From: Sedimentisphaerales bacterium
Lineage (GTDB): Bacteria; Planctomycetota; Phycisphaerae; Sedimentisphaerales; Anaerobacaceae
Reading direction: 5' to 3'
Length of the DNA stretch: 64,000 bases
NCBI GenBank assembly: GCA_963708075.1
Contig: OY970194.1
Coordinates: 3,296,001 to 3,360,000 of the forward strand
Shown here: positions 19,096-29,400 of the stretch, piece after piece
How positions within the stretch are numbered: the stretch's first letter is position 1
Layout of the letters: every line of letters begins with the position of its first letter
Notes under the pieces: model-generated
Database searches by the model: none
The model's input: the letters and a program-made list of their open reading frames with translations, nothing else
Told to the model about the DNA's origin: nothing
Program-made: the position numbers and the translations under genes

Positions 19096-22000
19096 TCAGC
19101 CACCGGGATTGGCGTCTGGTGGTGTATCATCGAAACCGGGGGAGCCGCCGGAGGTTGTGCTCGGACGCCAGGAGGTCTTGTCATTGAGGGCGTTGGGGTC
19201 GCTCGCGGCGGGGTCTTTGACTGTAAGGGAGAAGCCGTCGCCGTCGGTGATCTTGTACCAGCCGTCGTCAAAGAGGAAGCTCTGAATGATCTGCCCCGCG
19301 GCGTCCTGGATCCCGATTTGCTCGCCGGCGTTCTTGAGATTCCCAACGTACGTGCCGGCGATGGGCAGGCCGGGACCGTATCTGGCCTCGAAGGCGTTGG
19401 CATCCTCGACCACAAGGACATACTCGGCCGGAGCCAACTCGACACTTGGGAAGGTGAACTCGACGCCGTCGGTGAACGTGACGAGATTGAGGTTGATCGT
19501 TTCAGCACCGATGTTGGTCAACTCGATGAACTCGGTGTTCGGGTCGAGCGGGTGATACATGATCTCACTGATTCGCAGGCTCTCGGCCACCGGTCCCACG
19601 GCAAACAGCGTCTCCGCCAAGCCACTCCACGGGCTATACGTGTTGTTGGACACCAGCACGCGGGCCTTGACCAAGCAACTCTCGGTGATCGGGAACGGGC
19701 CCGAATATTGATGAATGGCGCCGGCGTCGCCATTGTCGATGGTGGAAGTGCTCCGGCCGGCGACCAATTCGGCATTGAAGAGCAGATCGGAGCTCGTAGT
19801 TGACGAATTCATACCGTGGATGGCGAGCACGTTCTGACCTTTGCGCAAGAGCCCCACCTGTCCGGAGACATCGAAATCCTCGAAGATGACCGCCGCCCCG
19901 TCGTCATGATTGTTGCCGTTGGCAGAATTCCAGGCCGGCGTGCCGGTGAACAACGCCCGCTGGATCTCGACGCCGTTGAGGTAGGCGACGAACCCGTCAT
20001 CATATCGCATCCGCAGGGCCATAAAGTTGAATGTGCTGGGGTCAGCCGCGACAGTGAACGGGATGCGGATGTAGCAGGTTGCGTTGCGCCTGTACATCTG
20101 AGTGCCCAAGTCGATACTGAAGAACTGCTCATAGCCACGATCTGTTTCAAAGCCAACGCCGCCTGTTCCGCTGATCCAGGCCGAGTCATCGAAGGCGGAA
20201 CCGCCCCGCCAGGCGTCGCTGATCGGTGCGGTGGGCACGAAGGCGCGCTTGGGCGCGTTCTCGGCGACAAGTGTCGTGGCCTCCCGGGTGGTCGTGACGG
20301 CGCTGGAAGGCCGCGGGTCCGAGCCATCGAGCGTGTAGAACAGCGTACCGCTGGGACGTGAATTGACGAGGCTGACGAGACTGCCGGCTGCAACATGGCC
20401 GCCGTCCGGCACAATCCGGGGTGGAGCGACAAATTGATTATCGACCCACGTGCATCGCGTTTGCAGCCACTGCTTGAGGTGATCGACCTCGCCCTGAAAG
20501 CTGCCGAACCGCGGGCCCTGGCCGGGCCACTTCTGATAGTTGCGGACCTGAGCCTCGCGAATTTCGTTCGCCATGGCGTCAATCGTCGCATTGAGGCCGG
20601 CGGTGCTGAACGGGCCCTTGCGCAGCGCGTACCATCGATCAATGTACTTCTGCCAGAAGTTGGTGTCCTTGAAAAGGCGATCCCACCAGACGTAATTGAG
20701 AACATCGGTCCCACCCGACGACCAGCTCTGGGGATTGTCGTCACGGCCGTCGGTGGATTCGAGCGCGCGGTCGAAGTCCCAGATCGGTCCCATCCCGAGC
20801 TTGCCGCCGCGGGGTTTGTACATGTACGTGCTCAGGCGAAGGGCGTCCGCGTTCATCGCCAGCATGTTGAGCAGGTTGTGGTCGACGAAGGAGTCCACAT
20901 CAATGTACTTGGCGTAGCCGGTCTGGGGATTGGCGAAGTCCGGGCCATAGAGGGCGTTCTCGAACGCGTCGAGATAGCCCCGAATCCATGCGGACTGTGC
21001 GGCCGTGATTTCGACCTGCTTCGGGTCCACGTAGCAGAACGTCCCGTCGCCGTACGTGGGGTTTCCCCGGGCAGTGCGAAAGCCGCTGTCCCCCGGGTCG
21101 GGCCGGTCGTTCTTCAGCATGTAGCCGCCGGTGATCTTCGGCTCGGTGCTGTCCCACGGCTCAAGCTTCTCCACGTTCACCCGTTCATCGCCCCGCTTGA
21201 TCTTCTCCATGAAGATGTACAGGCCGACATAGTCGCTGGCAGACACCGTATCGTCATTGGTGTTGAGGTACATTTCGACGAACCGGGTGCGAACCGCGTA
21301 CCGTCCGATCTGGTTGCTCAGGTCGTACATAAATGCGTTGCTGATCAGCACGCGATCGAAGGTGAACGGAGCGTACAGAATCCAGTCGGAGTCAGCGGGC
21401 ATGCCCAGGATAGAGACATCCCTGTCCCGGTTATTCTCATCCCACAGCTCGAACGCATAGGACGGCTTGGCCACTCCGGCGGTGCTGGAACCCCGTCTCT
21501 TGAGTCCGCCTCGCCCGTAGAAATCAGGTGGATCGGTGATCTTCGCACGCCCCTGCTCGCCCGTATCGATGACGACGGATGAGACCCGGGCGGGGTTCGT
21601 GCCGATGCTCTGGCGGCTCGTGTCGACGACGACAATCGGCAGATTGGAGTTGAAGCTCAGGACATCATTGGCCAGGGCGATGTACGTCCGGCTGACCACG
21701 GCACTCGGGGCCTTGCCCGGCTCGTAGGCACGGGCGAGCACTTCCTTTGCGCCGACCACTGGAATGGGGGCCGTGTACTTGGGAGATGAAAGCGTGGGCG
21801 CCTGTCCATCCAGTGTCCAGTGAATCTCAGCAGCCGGGTTCGGCGAACTCAGTTCCAGGAGGAAGTAACCGAAGAATGTGCCGGCATCGCGTGAGAAGAC
21901 AGGCTCCTGCGATATGCTCGGATATCCGGGAGCATTGGCCCGGCCCGGCGTTGGTGGAGCGAAGTACTGCTCCTGATTGCCATAGAGACCATACGAGAGA

Positions 22001-23001
22001 TCGGCTCGCTGCGGAGGAAAACCCACGACATCCTCACCGCCCGCATAGGAGGCGTACTCGCACGCCACCTGCAGGTCGGGCGCAACCAGGGCAAGATACT
22101 CGCCGTCGCCATCCAGGTTGAAGTTCGCATGGTAGTAGCCCCGTGGGTCGCAATAGGGCCAGTTCTCCGGATGGTCGGCCTGCTCGATCCCAGAGGCAAA
22201 GACCACCAGGAATCCGCCCGCGGCAATCTGGACCGCAGGCAGCGCCCACTTTGTCAGATCGTCCGGATCATCCGTCAGATACCAACCGCCGAGATTCACG
22301 GCGCCGGCTCCCGCATTATGGATCTCGATCCAGTCCGAGTACACCGTTTTCCCTTCGACAGTTGTGGAGAAGCCATTCTCATTGACGGCCATGAATTCGC
22401 TGATCACCAGAGAACCATTCCCCAATTGCGTATCCGGCTCGCCGGGATTCTCCTCTGGAGGCAGCACCCCCGCGGCGCTGCCAAGGAGTTCCGCTTCCCC
22501 AATCTGCATACTGTTCGCGTGAGCAGCGTCGCAGACTTGCGTGAACACGAGCTGATAATGCGCGTACGCCCCTTTGTTGGGAAAAGCAATCGGAGTGGTA
22601 TTCTTCGCAAAGCGGGGCCAGCTTGTTGTCCCGGCGAAATCCACGATGTCACCGCGAGCGATCAAGGTGTATGGACCGTCGATGCTCACGTTGGAGCCGG
22701 ACAACTCAAAGGTGACGGGGTCCCGCTCGGGTGCGTCATTGGCCGTGGTAAGAGTCAGTCCGGTGACAATGGTAGAACCTATGGATGGGCTCACTTGGAA
22801 TCCCGTCGGCTGGGTCTGGCCCTTGAAGTGCAGGAACTTCGTGTTGATGTCATCATCGATTGCCAGGTTGGGGGATTCGTTGGCGGGCCAGTCTCCATCG
22901 TTCGGGACGCCCTGTATGATGTCCGCCGGGGAAGTGATGTCTACCTGCGCCGCCGTTTGTCCTAACAACAAGATCGCTATCAACAAGAATGATCCGGCCA
23001 C
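19096..23001 (-). CDS. Secreted multidomain protein: discoidin-like domain, lamin-tail domains, Fn3-associated domains and CotH kinase domain
   Basis: Signal peptide; LVISEFMA..DWIEI (LTD); YTLDGSDP; RGSST..KPSY, DWIL, YVGLY..EKI, GPIWDFD (CotH); LRISEIMYHP. Confidence 0.85.
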   Translation of the reverse strand: MAGSFLLIAILLLGQTAAQVDITSPADIIQGVPNDGDWPANESPNLAIDDDINTKFLHFKGQTQPTGFQVSPSIGSTIVTGLTLTTANDAPERDPVTFELSGSNVSIDGPYTLIARGDIVDFAGTTSWPRFAKNTTPIAFPNKGAYAHYQLVFTQVCDAAHANSMQIGEAELLGSAAGVLPPEENPGEPDTQLGNGSLVISEFMAVNENGFSTTVEGKTVYSDWIEIHNAGAGAVNLGGWYLTDDPDDLTKWALPAVQIAAGGFLVVFASGIEQADHPENWPYCDPRGYYHANFNLDGDGEYLALVAPDLQVACEYASYAGGEDVVGFPPQRADLSYGLYGNQEQYFAPPTPGRANAPGYPSISQEPVFSRDAGTFFGYFLLELSSPNPAAEIHWTLDGQAPTLSSPKYTAPIPVVGAKEVLARAYEPGKAPSAVVSRTYIALANDVLSFNSNLPIVVVDTSRQSIGTNPARVSSVVIDTGEQGRAKITDPPDFYGRGGLKRRGSSTAGVAKPSYAFELWDENNRDRDVSILGMPADSDWILYAPFTFDRVLISNAFMYDLSNQIGRYAVRTRFVEMYLNTNDDTVSASDYVGLYIFMEKIKRGDERVNVEKLEPWDSTEPKITGGYMLKNDRPDPGDSGFRTARGNPTYGDGTFCYVDPKQVEITAAQSAWIRGYLDAFENALYGPDFANPQTGYAKYIDVDSFVDHNLLNMLAMNADALRLSTYMYKPRGGKLGMGPIWDFDRALESTDGRDDNPQSWSSGGTDVLNYVWWDRLFKDTNFWQKYIDRWYALRKGPFSTAGLNATIDAMANEIREAQVRNYQKWPGQGPRFGSFQGEVDHLKQWLQTRCTWVDNQFVAPPRIVPDGGHVAAGSLVSLVNSRPSGTLFYTLDGSDPRPSSAVTTTREATTLVAENAPKRAFVPTAPISDAWRGGSAFDDSAWISGTGGVGFETDRGYEQFFSIDLGTQMYRRNATCYIRIPFTVAADPSTFNFMALRMRYDDGFVAYLNGVEIQRALFTGTPAWNSANGNNHDDGAAVIFEDFDVSGQVGLLRKGQNVLAIHGMNSSTTSSDLLFNAELVAGRSTSTIDNGDAGAIHQYSGPFPITESCLVKARVLVSNNTYSPWSGLAETLFAVGPVAESLRISEIMYHPLDPNTEFIELTNIGAETINLNLVTFTDGVEFTFPSVELAPAEYVLVVEDANAFEARYGPGLPIAGTYVGNLKNAGEQIGIQDAAGQIIQSFLFDDGWYKITDGDGFSLTVKDPAASDPNALNDKTSWRPSTTSGGSPGFDDTPPDANPGG

Positions 23002-23251
23002 TCTTCATCCATCCTCTCTGAGGGTCACTGTCGGCAGAACCTGCCTCGTCGGCGGTCTGCATGCTCTGCATCAGGCATCGTACCCCGCCAGTCTCATTAT
23101 AGCCATTGAGCCTTGTTCAGTCAATGTCACCAGGTATCATCTCTCTATGAATCAAATCTATAAATCCTCTGCATTTTGGGCTCGGCGGAGGTATTCTATA
23201 CGTGCAGCCGGTGTATCGGTCCATTTTCGGGCAACTCGATGGAGGTTTGGC

Positions 23252-24478
23252 ATGACTCAGACAAACGAGATGCGAAGCAGCAACATGACTCGTCGTGGGT
23301 TCATTTCGAGTGCGGGGGCGGCTATTTCTTTCGCTGTGGTTGCGCCGAGCGCGGTGCGAGGAACGGCGGCGAACAGCCGGGTCAAGGCCGGCCTCATCGG
23401 GCTCGGCGGTCGAGGCCGGATGATTGCCGGCATGGTACAGAAGCATGGCGGATACGAACTCGTCGCCGTGGCCGACTATTTCGAGCAGGTCGCGGATGCG
23501 GCCGGTGAGCAGCTCCAGGTGCCCAAGGCCGGCCGCTTCGCGGGCCTGTCCGCCTACAAGAAGCTCATCGCAAGCGGCGTCGAAGCGGTCTTCATGGAGA
23601 CCCCGCCCTACTGCTTCCCGGAGCACGTGGAGGCGGCGGTCGAGGCGGGCCGGCACGTGTACATCGCCAAGCCACTGGGCTGCGATGTCCCCGGTTGCCT
23701 GAGGATTCGCGACGCCGCCCGGAAGGCGACTGCGGGCAAGCGGGTCTTCCTGTGCGACTTTCAGACCCGCACCGACCCGTTCTTCATCGAGGGCGTCAAA
23801 CGCGTGCAGGAGGGCGCCATCGGCCGGATCGCGATGCTCAGCTCGGAGTATAACGACGAGAGCTTCGCGGATCCGCCGAAGACCGCGACCATCGAGAGCC
23901 GGCTGCAGGAACTGATCTGGGTCAACGATGATGCGCTCGGCGGCAGCTACATTGTCAACGCGGGCATCCACGCAATCGACGTAGCCCTGTGGATCGCGGG
24001 GCAAATGCCGGCCAGCGCCATGGGCGCCTCGCGGGTCGGCCGCAGCAACCCGCACGGCGATTCGCACGACGTTTTCTCCGTCACCTACGAATTCCCGAAC
24101 GGAATGATCCTGAACCATCGCGGCGAGCACCTGAAGAACCGTAGCGAGTTTCGCAGCGACTGCTTCGCCCAGGGCGGTGAAGGCTGGCTGGAGACCGGCT
24201 ACACCTCGCGCGTCCGCATCCTCGGCACCCGCACCGGCTGGCGCGGCGGCGATGTCGTCGAGCTCTATCCGCGCGGCGCCGAGCGCAACATCGACACGTT
24301 CCACAAGTGCGTCACGGCGGACGATTACAGCAACTCGACCATCGAGCCGAGCATCAACTCAACGCTGGCCACGATCTTAGGCCGCGAAGCCGCCCGCCGC
24401 CGGACAAAGCTCACCCTCGAAGAGGTTCTCAAAGAGAACCGCCGCCTCGAACCTGACCTGCACGGCCTGAAAGCATAG
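23252..24478 (+). CDS. Tat-exported Gfo/Idh/MocA family oxidoreductase
   Basis: GGAGG RBS; TRRGFI twin-arginine motif; GLIGLGGRG Rossmann motif; HVYIAKP; HAID. Confidence 0.88.
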   Translation: MTQTNEMRSSNMTRRGFISSAGAAISFAVVAPSAVRGTAANSRVKAGLIGLGGRGRMIAGMVQKHGGYELVAVADYFEQVADAAGEQLQVPKAGRFAGLSAYKKLIASGVEAVFMETPPYCFPEHVEAAVEAGRHVYIAKPLGCDVPGCLRIRDAARKATAGKRVFLCDFQTRTDPFFIEGVKRVQEGAIGRIAMLSSEYNDESFADPPKTATIESRLQELIWVNDDALGGSYIVNAGIHAIDVALWIAGQMPASAMGASRVGRSNPHGDSHDVFSVTYEFPNGMILNHRGEHLKNRSEFRSDCFAQGGEGWLETGYTSRVRILGTRTGWRGGDVVELYPRGAERNIDTFHKCVTADDYSNSTIEPSINSTLATILGREAARRRTKLTLEEVLKENRRLEPDLHGLKA

Positions 24479-24480
24479 TT

Positions 24481-26286
24481 CTACTGGCCGGGGCTGAGTT
24501 CCTGGGTGAAGCGGAGGTCGACGAAGGCAGGGGTGTCGCTGTCGCGGGCGGTGAAGAGGTTGAATTCGGGCCAGTCGCCGTAGGCGTCGTTGTCGCAGAC
24601 GGAGAACGTCAGCCGCACGGAGGAGTTCGCAGCGATGCGTACATCGGCCGTTCTCGCGCTCGTGGCGTTCAGCACCTTCGCCGGAATGGCCATCTCGATC
24701 CGGTAACCGCTCGAATGCAGCGTATATCCGGCGACGACCGTGGAGACATCGATATCTCGCCACTCCATAGTGCCGGTCTCGCGGGAGCCGAATTCGCCCA
24801 AGACATACGGCCGGCCCTGCGAGCCCACGGGCACGACACGGAACCGGTAATTGCGCTGATCTCCGGTAAGCCATCCATCACGCCGGCCGTCGATATCCAC
24901 CTCAAGGTTGTCGTCGAAGGACCAGAAGGGATCCTCGTATGGTGTCAGCACGCGATTGTCGATGACATCGGCCGCGAGGTATAGCATGCCATCGGACCAC
25001 GCGGTATAAGCGGATACCTGGAGGTCTGAATCCGCTGCCGGGAGGTCCGCCACCTGCACGTATTCGCCGGTCCTGATGAGGCCGTCGATCTGCGGCTGGC
25101 TCTTGGGGACCTGGTTGTTGCACCAGAACAAAGGATACGGATCGGCCCCGTCAGACAGACCATCCGCGTCGGTGTCGGGGTTCCGGGGGTCGGACTCGCG
25201 GTAGTACGCGGCGGTCAATTCCTTCAGATCCTCGATGCTGTCGCCGTCAGTGTCCTTCTCCGTCGGGGAAGAACCGAGGGATTCTTCTGTCGCGGGCAGG
25301 GCGCCGCTGTCCGGGACCCCGTCGCCATCCCCGTCCGGCGCGATCACCACCCGGGCCCATTGCGGGTCCAGGGCTATCCAGCTACGCGGATTCAAGACGT
25401 TGGACAGCAGGAAATTGAAATGCCTGCCGCTGTCGGCGGGATGGGTGAAGAGCTCAGGACGATCGGCATGACCCATGTCACTGCCGAGCGGGTTGCCGCT
25501 GGCGGTGAAAATCGAATCCAGCGAATGCAGGTACTCGTGAACGAAGACCCCGTCGCAATCGAGGCCCCATGCCAGAGGGATCGCGACGTAGGACGTGTTG
25601 CCGAGAAAGCCGATATCGACGCCATAAGTGCCGCCGCCGATGGCCGCGACGGCCCCATCGGAGTTCTCAAAGGCGTAGAGTACAACGACCACAGAGTACT
25701 GCCCGTTGGTGACGCCCGCGTTACGCAGGTCCTGCTCGACCGACCCGCCGCCGACGGGCCAGTACGTCAGCCAGTATTCGCCCTTGCCGGACAGGTCCCA
25801 GAGCTGCGAGGGCATCAGCACGCGGTCCATGACCATCCAGTCGGTTTTCACGAGGCACTTGCAGTTGGAGCTCCGCCACAAAAAGTGCGTTGCCTCGACC
25901 GTTTCGGTCTTCAGGGTCTCGATGTCCCTGGCGGACAGATTCACCCAGAGACGCCCGCCGGAGTAGTCCCGCTGGTAGCGGGGATACACGACCACGAGGG
26001 TGTCGATCTCGATGTACTCCATCGTGCCAGGCAGAGGCAACTGCTCATCGGCGGCTGCCCGCAGGACCCCGGCGCCTTGCGACATCCGTGTGGGCACCGT
26101 CGAATAGCAGGAGAAACACCCCTTCTCAAGCAGGCTATTCGTAAGCAAACCGCTGACACCCGACACGCCGGGGATCGCGACATTCATATCAGAGGGCCGG
26201 GCCTGTCCCGCGGCCCATGCGGCCCAGAGAAGCGTCAATGCAGCCGCTACGGGCGGAAAACCATTCCTCATCGAGCGCATCATCAT
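24481..26286 (-). CDS. Secreted protein with HExxH motif, DxDxDG repeats and C-terminal CBM9-like domain
   Basis: Signal peptide; VHEYLHSLD..H; DGDGDG, DTDGDS, DTDADG; PQIDG..LYLAADVID..DNLEVDID..YRIEMAIP. Confidence 0.65.
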   Translation of the reverse strand: MMMRSMRNGFPPVAAALTLLWAAWAAGQARPSDMNVAIPGVSGVSGLLTNSLLEKGCFSCYSTVPTRMSQGAGVLRAAADEQLPLPGTMEYIEIDTLVVVYPRYQRDYSGGRLWVNLSARDIETLKTETVEATHFLWRSSNCKCLVKTDWMVMDRVLMPSQLWDLSGKGEYWLTYWPVGGGSVEQDLRNAGVTNGQYSVVVVLYAFENSDGAVAAIGGGTYGVDIGFLGNTSYVAIPLAWGLDCDGVFVHEYLHSLDSIFTASGNPLGSDMGHADRPELFTHPADSGRHFNFLLSNVLNPRSWIALDPQWARVVIAPDGDGDGVPDSGALPATEESLGSSPTEKDTDGDSIEDLKELTAAYYRESDPRNPDTDADGLSDGADPYPLFWCNNQVPKSQPQIDGLIRTGEYVQVADLPAADSDLQVSAYTAWSDGMLYLAADVIDNRVLTPYEDPFWSFDDNLEVDIDGRRDGWLTGDQRNYRFRVVPVGSQGRPYVLGEFGSRETGTMEWRDIDVSTVVAGYTLHSSGYRIEMAIPAKVLNATSARTADVRIAANSSVRLTFSVCDNDAYGDWPEFNLFTARDSDTPAFVDLRFTQELSPGQ

Positions 26287-26483
26287 ACCTCCAAGGCAGG
26301 AAACACCCATATTATGTCTCTGGCAGCGGCATTCTGTCAATCCCGCCAGAGATAATTCACAACTCGAGCGGGCCGCTTAAGGAACAGGAAGAGCTTGTTG
26401 AGTATCCTAAGCACGGATAAGATTGTGCCGATGGAGAGAGGCGTCCTGGTGCATCGGATCATTGATGGTATGGAGGTTCTTCG

Positions 26484-29400
26484 ATGGCGTTATCATGCAC
26501 GCGTGACAGACTTAGAGGGCACCGGCAATATGATCTGTGCGACCGTTTCTATGTGTCGATGTTTCTCCTGCTGGGGTGGATTACCCCGGTGTTTGCAGGA
26601 GATTCGTACGATCTGGTGTTTTCCACTTATTTCGGTGGCGGCGACTGGGAACACGCCCGGGACGCATACGGTGATGCCAACGGCAACGTCTACGTCTGCG
26701 GAGGAGCCGCATCACGAGACTTTCCCACGACGGCGGGAGCCTGCGACCGGACATTCAACTTCGGGGACACCTCCGGAGAGGAGTGCGACGCGTTCATATG
26801 CAAATTCGGACCAGACAGCCGATTGATCTGGTCCACCTTCCTGGGCGGACCGGGCTACGACCGGGCCTACGGAATTGAAGTGGACGCCCAGGGCTATGTG
26901 TACGTGGCCGGGCGTGCAGGGAGGGACTTCCCCACTACGCCGGACGCTTTCCAGCCAACGTTCCAGGGTTACAACGGCGGAGGTTACGGCGGATACCAGA
27001 ATGCATTCGTGGCCAAGCTTTCCCCGGACGGCTCGACGCTCCTCTGGGCCAGCTATGTCGGCGTGGCGCAACTCTGCCGAGACATCGCCATCGACGCACG
27101 TGGCGACATCTATCTGCCTCTTGGCAATCCGGATAAGGGAGCCTTGCCGCCCGGCGAGTGGTTTGCCAACGCATTTCAGAAGACACCTCAGGGCGGCATG
27201 GACTGCGGCGCGATCAAGGTCGCCGGCGATGGCTCCAGGGTCCTCTGGGCTACGTGGCTGGGCGGTTCCGGCCTTGATGAGGGCGCCGCCTCCATTCGCG
27301 TTGGGCCCGACGGCAAGGTCTTCATCGGCGGTTCGACGTTCTCCGAGGACTTCCCGACGACCGAAGGCGCCCACGACCGGACGTACAACGGGGAGGCGGA
27401 CTTCTTCGTCGCCTGCCTGACGCCGAACGGCTCTTCGCTGGTCTATGGGACCTATCTCGGCGGCGACGGCAACGAGTGGATCAGCACGCACAACCTCGCT
27501 GTCGACGCACAGGGCAACGCGTATGTCGCTGTCCCGACCAGCTCAACGAATTACCCTGTGACGCGCGGGGCTTTTCAAAAAGGTCTTCGCGGCGGGAACA
27601 CGGATTGGGCGATCAGCAAGCTCTCCCCCACGGGCGGCCTGCTGGCGAGCACTCTCGTCGGTGGCAATGGCGATGAGAACGCCGACGGCGTCTACGTCGA
27701 TGCGGCGGGCAACGTCTTTGTCACGGGGGAGACTAAGTCCACGGATTTCCCCGTGACAGCCGGAGCATACCAGAAGCAGACTGGCGGCGGTTCGGATGCG
27801 GCGATCATTCTGCTTTCCGCCGATTTCAGCAGGCTACTCTATGCGACGTACCTCGGCGGCCCCGCGAATGACAACGGCCGCTCAGGCTTCCTGGGCGGCG
27901 ACGGAAGCATGTACGTGGTGGGAGCATCCGATGGCGCAGGCTGGCCCGCGAAGAACGCCTTCCAGGCTGCATTCGGCGGCGGTGGCGGCGGCTACGGTAA
28001 CGGAGACTGCATCCTGGCCAGGCTCGCGCCGCCGAGCACGATCGCGGTCGATCCGCGCACGACCTATCAGACGATCAAGGGCTGGGAGGCCGTCGCATTT
28101 GCACTGGACCCCGGCAACGCCGCGTACCCGAATTTCAAGGACACGCTGTTCAATCTGGTCGTCAACGACGTAGGGATCAACCGGGTCCGCCTGGAGATTC
28201 GCAGTGGCGTCGAAAACAGCAACGACAACTGGTCTGGCTACCAGGCCGGCACGATCGACTACCAGACGTGGCGCAGCCGCCGGTACGCGACGATCAACGA
28301 CGACGCGGACCCGCAGACGATCAACCCGGCCGGGTTCCACTTCTCCGAGATGGACAATGCCATCGACCGCGTCGTGAACCCGCTGCGCCAAGCGATGGAG
28401 GCCAATGGCGATAGACTCTGCGTCAACGTGAACTATGTGGCTTTCACCGCCCAGATCACACAAGGTGTCTACATCCATAACGACCCGGCTGAGTATGCGG
28501 AGTTCGTCCTGGCGACGTACCTTCACCTGCAGGAGAAGTACGGTTGGGTGCCGGACCTGTGGGAGGTCATTCTCGAGCCGGACAACGTGTCCCAGTGGAA
28601 CGGGAAACTGATCGGCCAGGCCATCGTGGCCGCCGCCGAGAGGCTGCGGGCGGCGGGATTCGAGCCGGCATTCGTCGCCCCCTCGAACACGAATATGACG
28701 AATGCGGTCCAGTATTTTGACCAGATGATCGCGGTGCCCGGCGTGCTGCCGGTCCTTCGCGAGCTCGCCTACCATCGTTACGGCGGGGTCTCGCTGGAGA
28801 GCCTGCACGCCATCGCCGCGAGGGGCAAGCAGTACGGCATCGGCACCTCCATGCTCGAATGGTGGAGCACCGGCAACGGGTATGCCACGCTACACGACGA
28901 TCTCAAGATCGGCAACAATTCGGCCTGGCAACAGGGAGTACTCGCCGGAGCGATGAATTCGGATATGTCGATTTACCAGATCGATGATTCGAACGCCGCG
29001 CAACCCAGGGTCCTGTTGACCGACAAGACGAAGTTCCTGCGCCAGTACTACAAATTCGTCCGCCCCGGCGCGGTCCGCATCGAGGCGGCGTCCCAGCAGG
29101 CGACCTTCGATCCGCTCGCCTTCATCAACGCCGACGGCAGTTACGTCGTCGTGGTCAAGTGCAGCGCGGGCGGCGAGTTCTCCATTGGCGGCCTGGCCGC
29201 AGGGACGTACGGGATCAAGTACACCACCACCGCTGAATTCGATGTGGATTTGCCGGACCAAGTCATCCAGTCCGGGCAGGCCGTAGTCGCACAGATTCCG
29301 CAAGCCGGAGTCCTGACCGTGTACGGCACCCCCGCGTCGCTGGACGACCAGGCCCCATCGGCGCCGACAGAACTCATTGCCAGCGGAGTATCTGCCTCTC

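Noticed and set aside
22574..23251. N-terminal extension of the 634-aa ORF in the track
   Set aside because: Overlaps the CotH gene on the opposite strand; RBS and Tat motif support a start at 23252.
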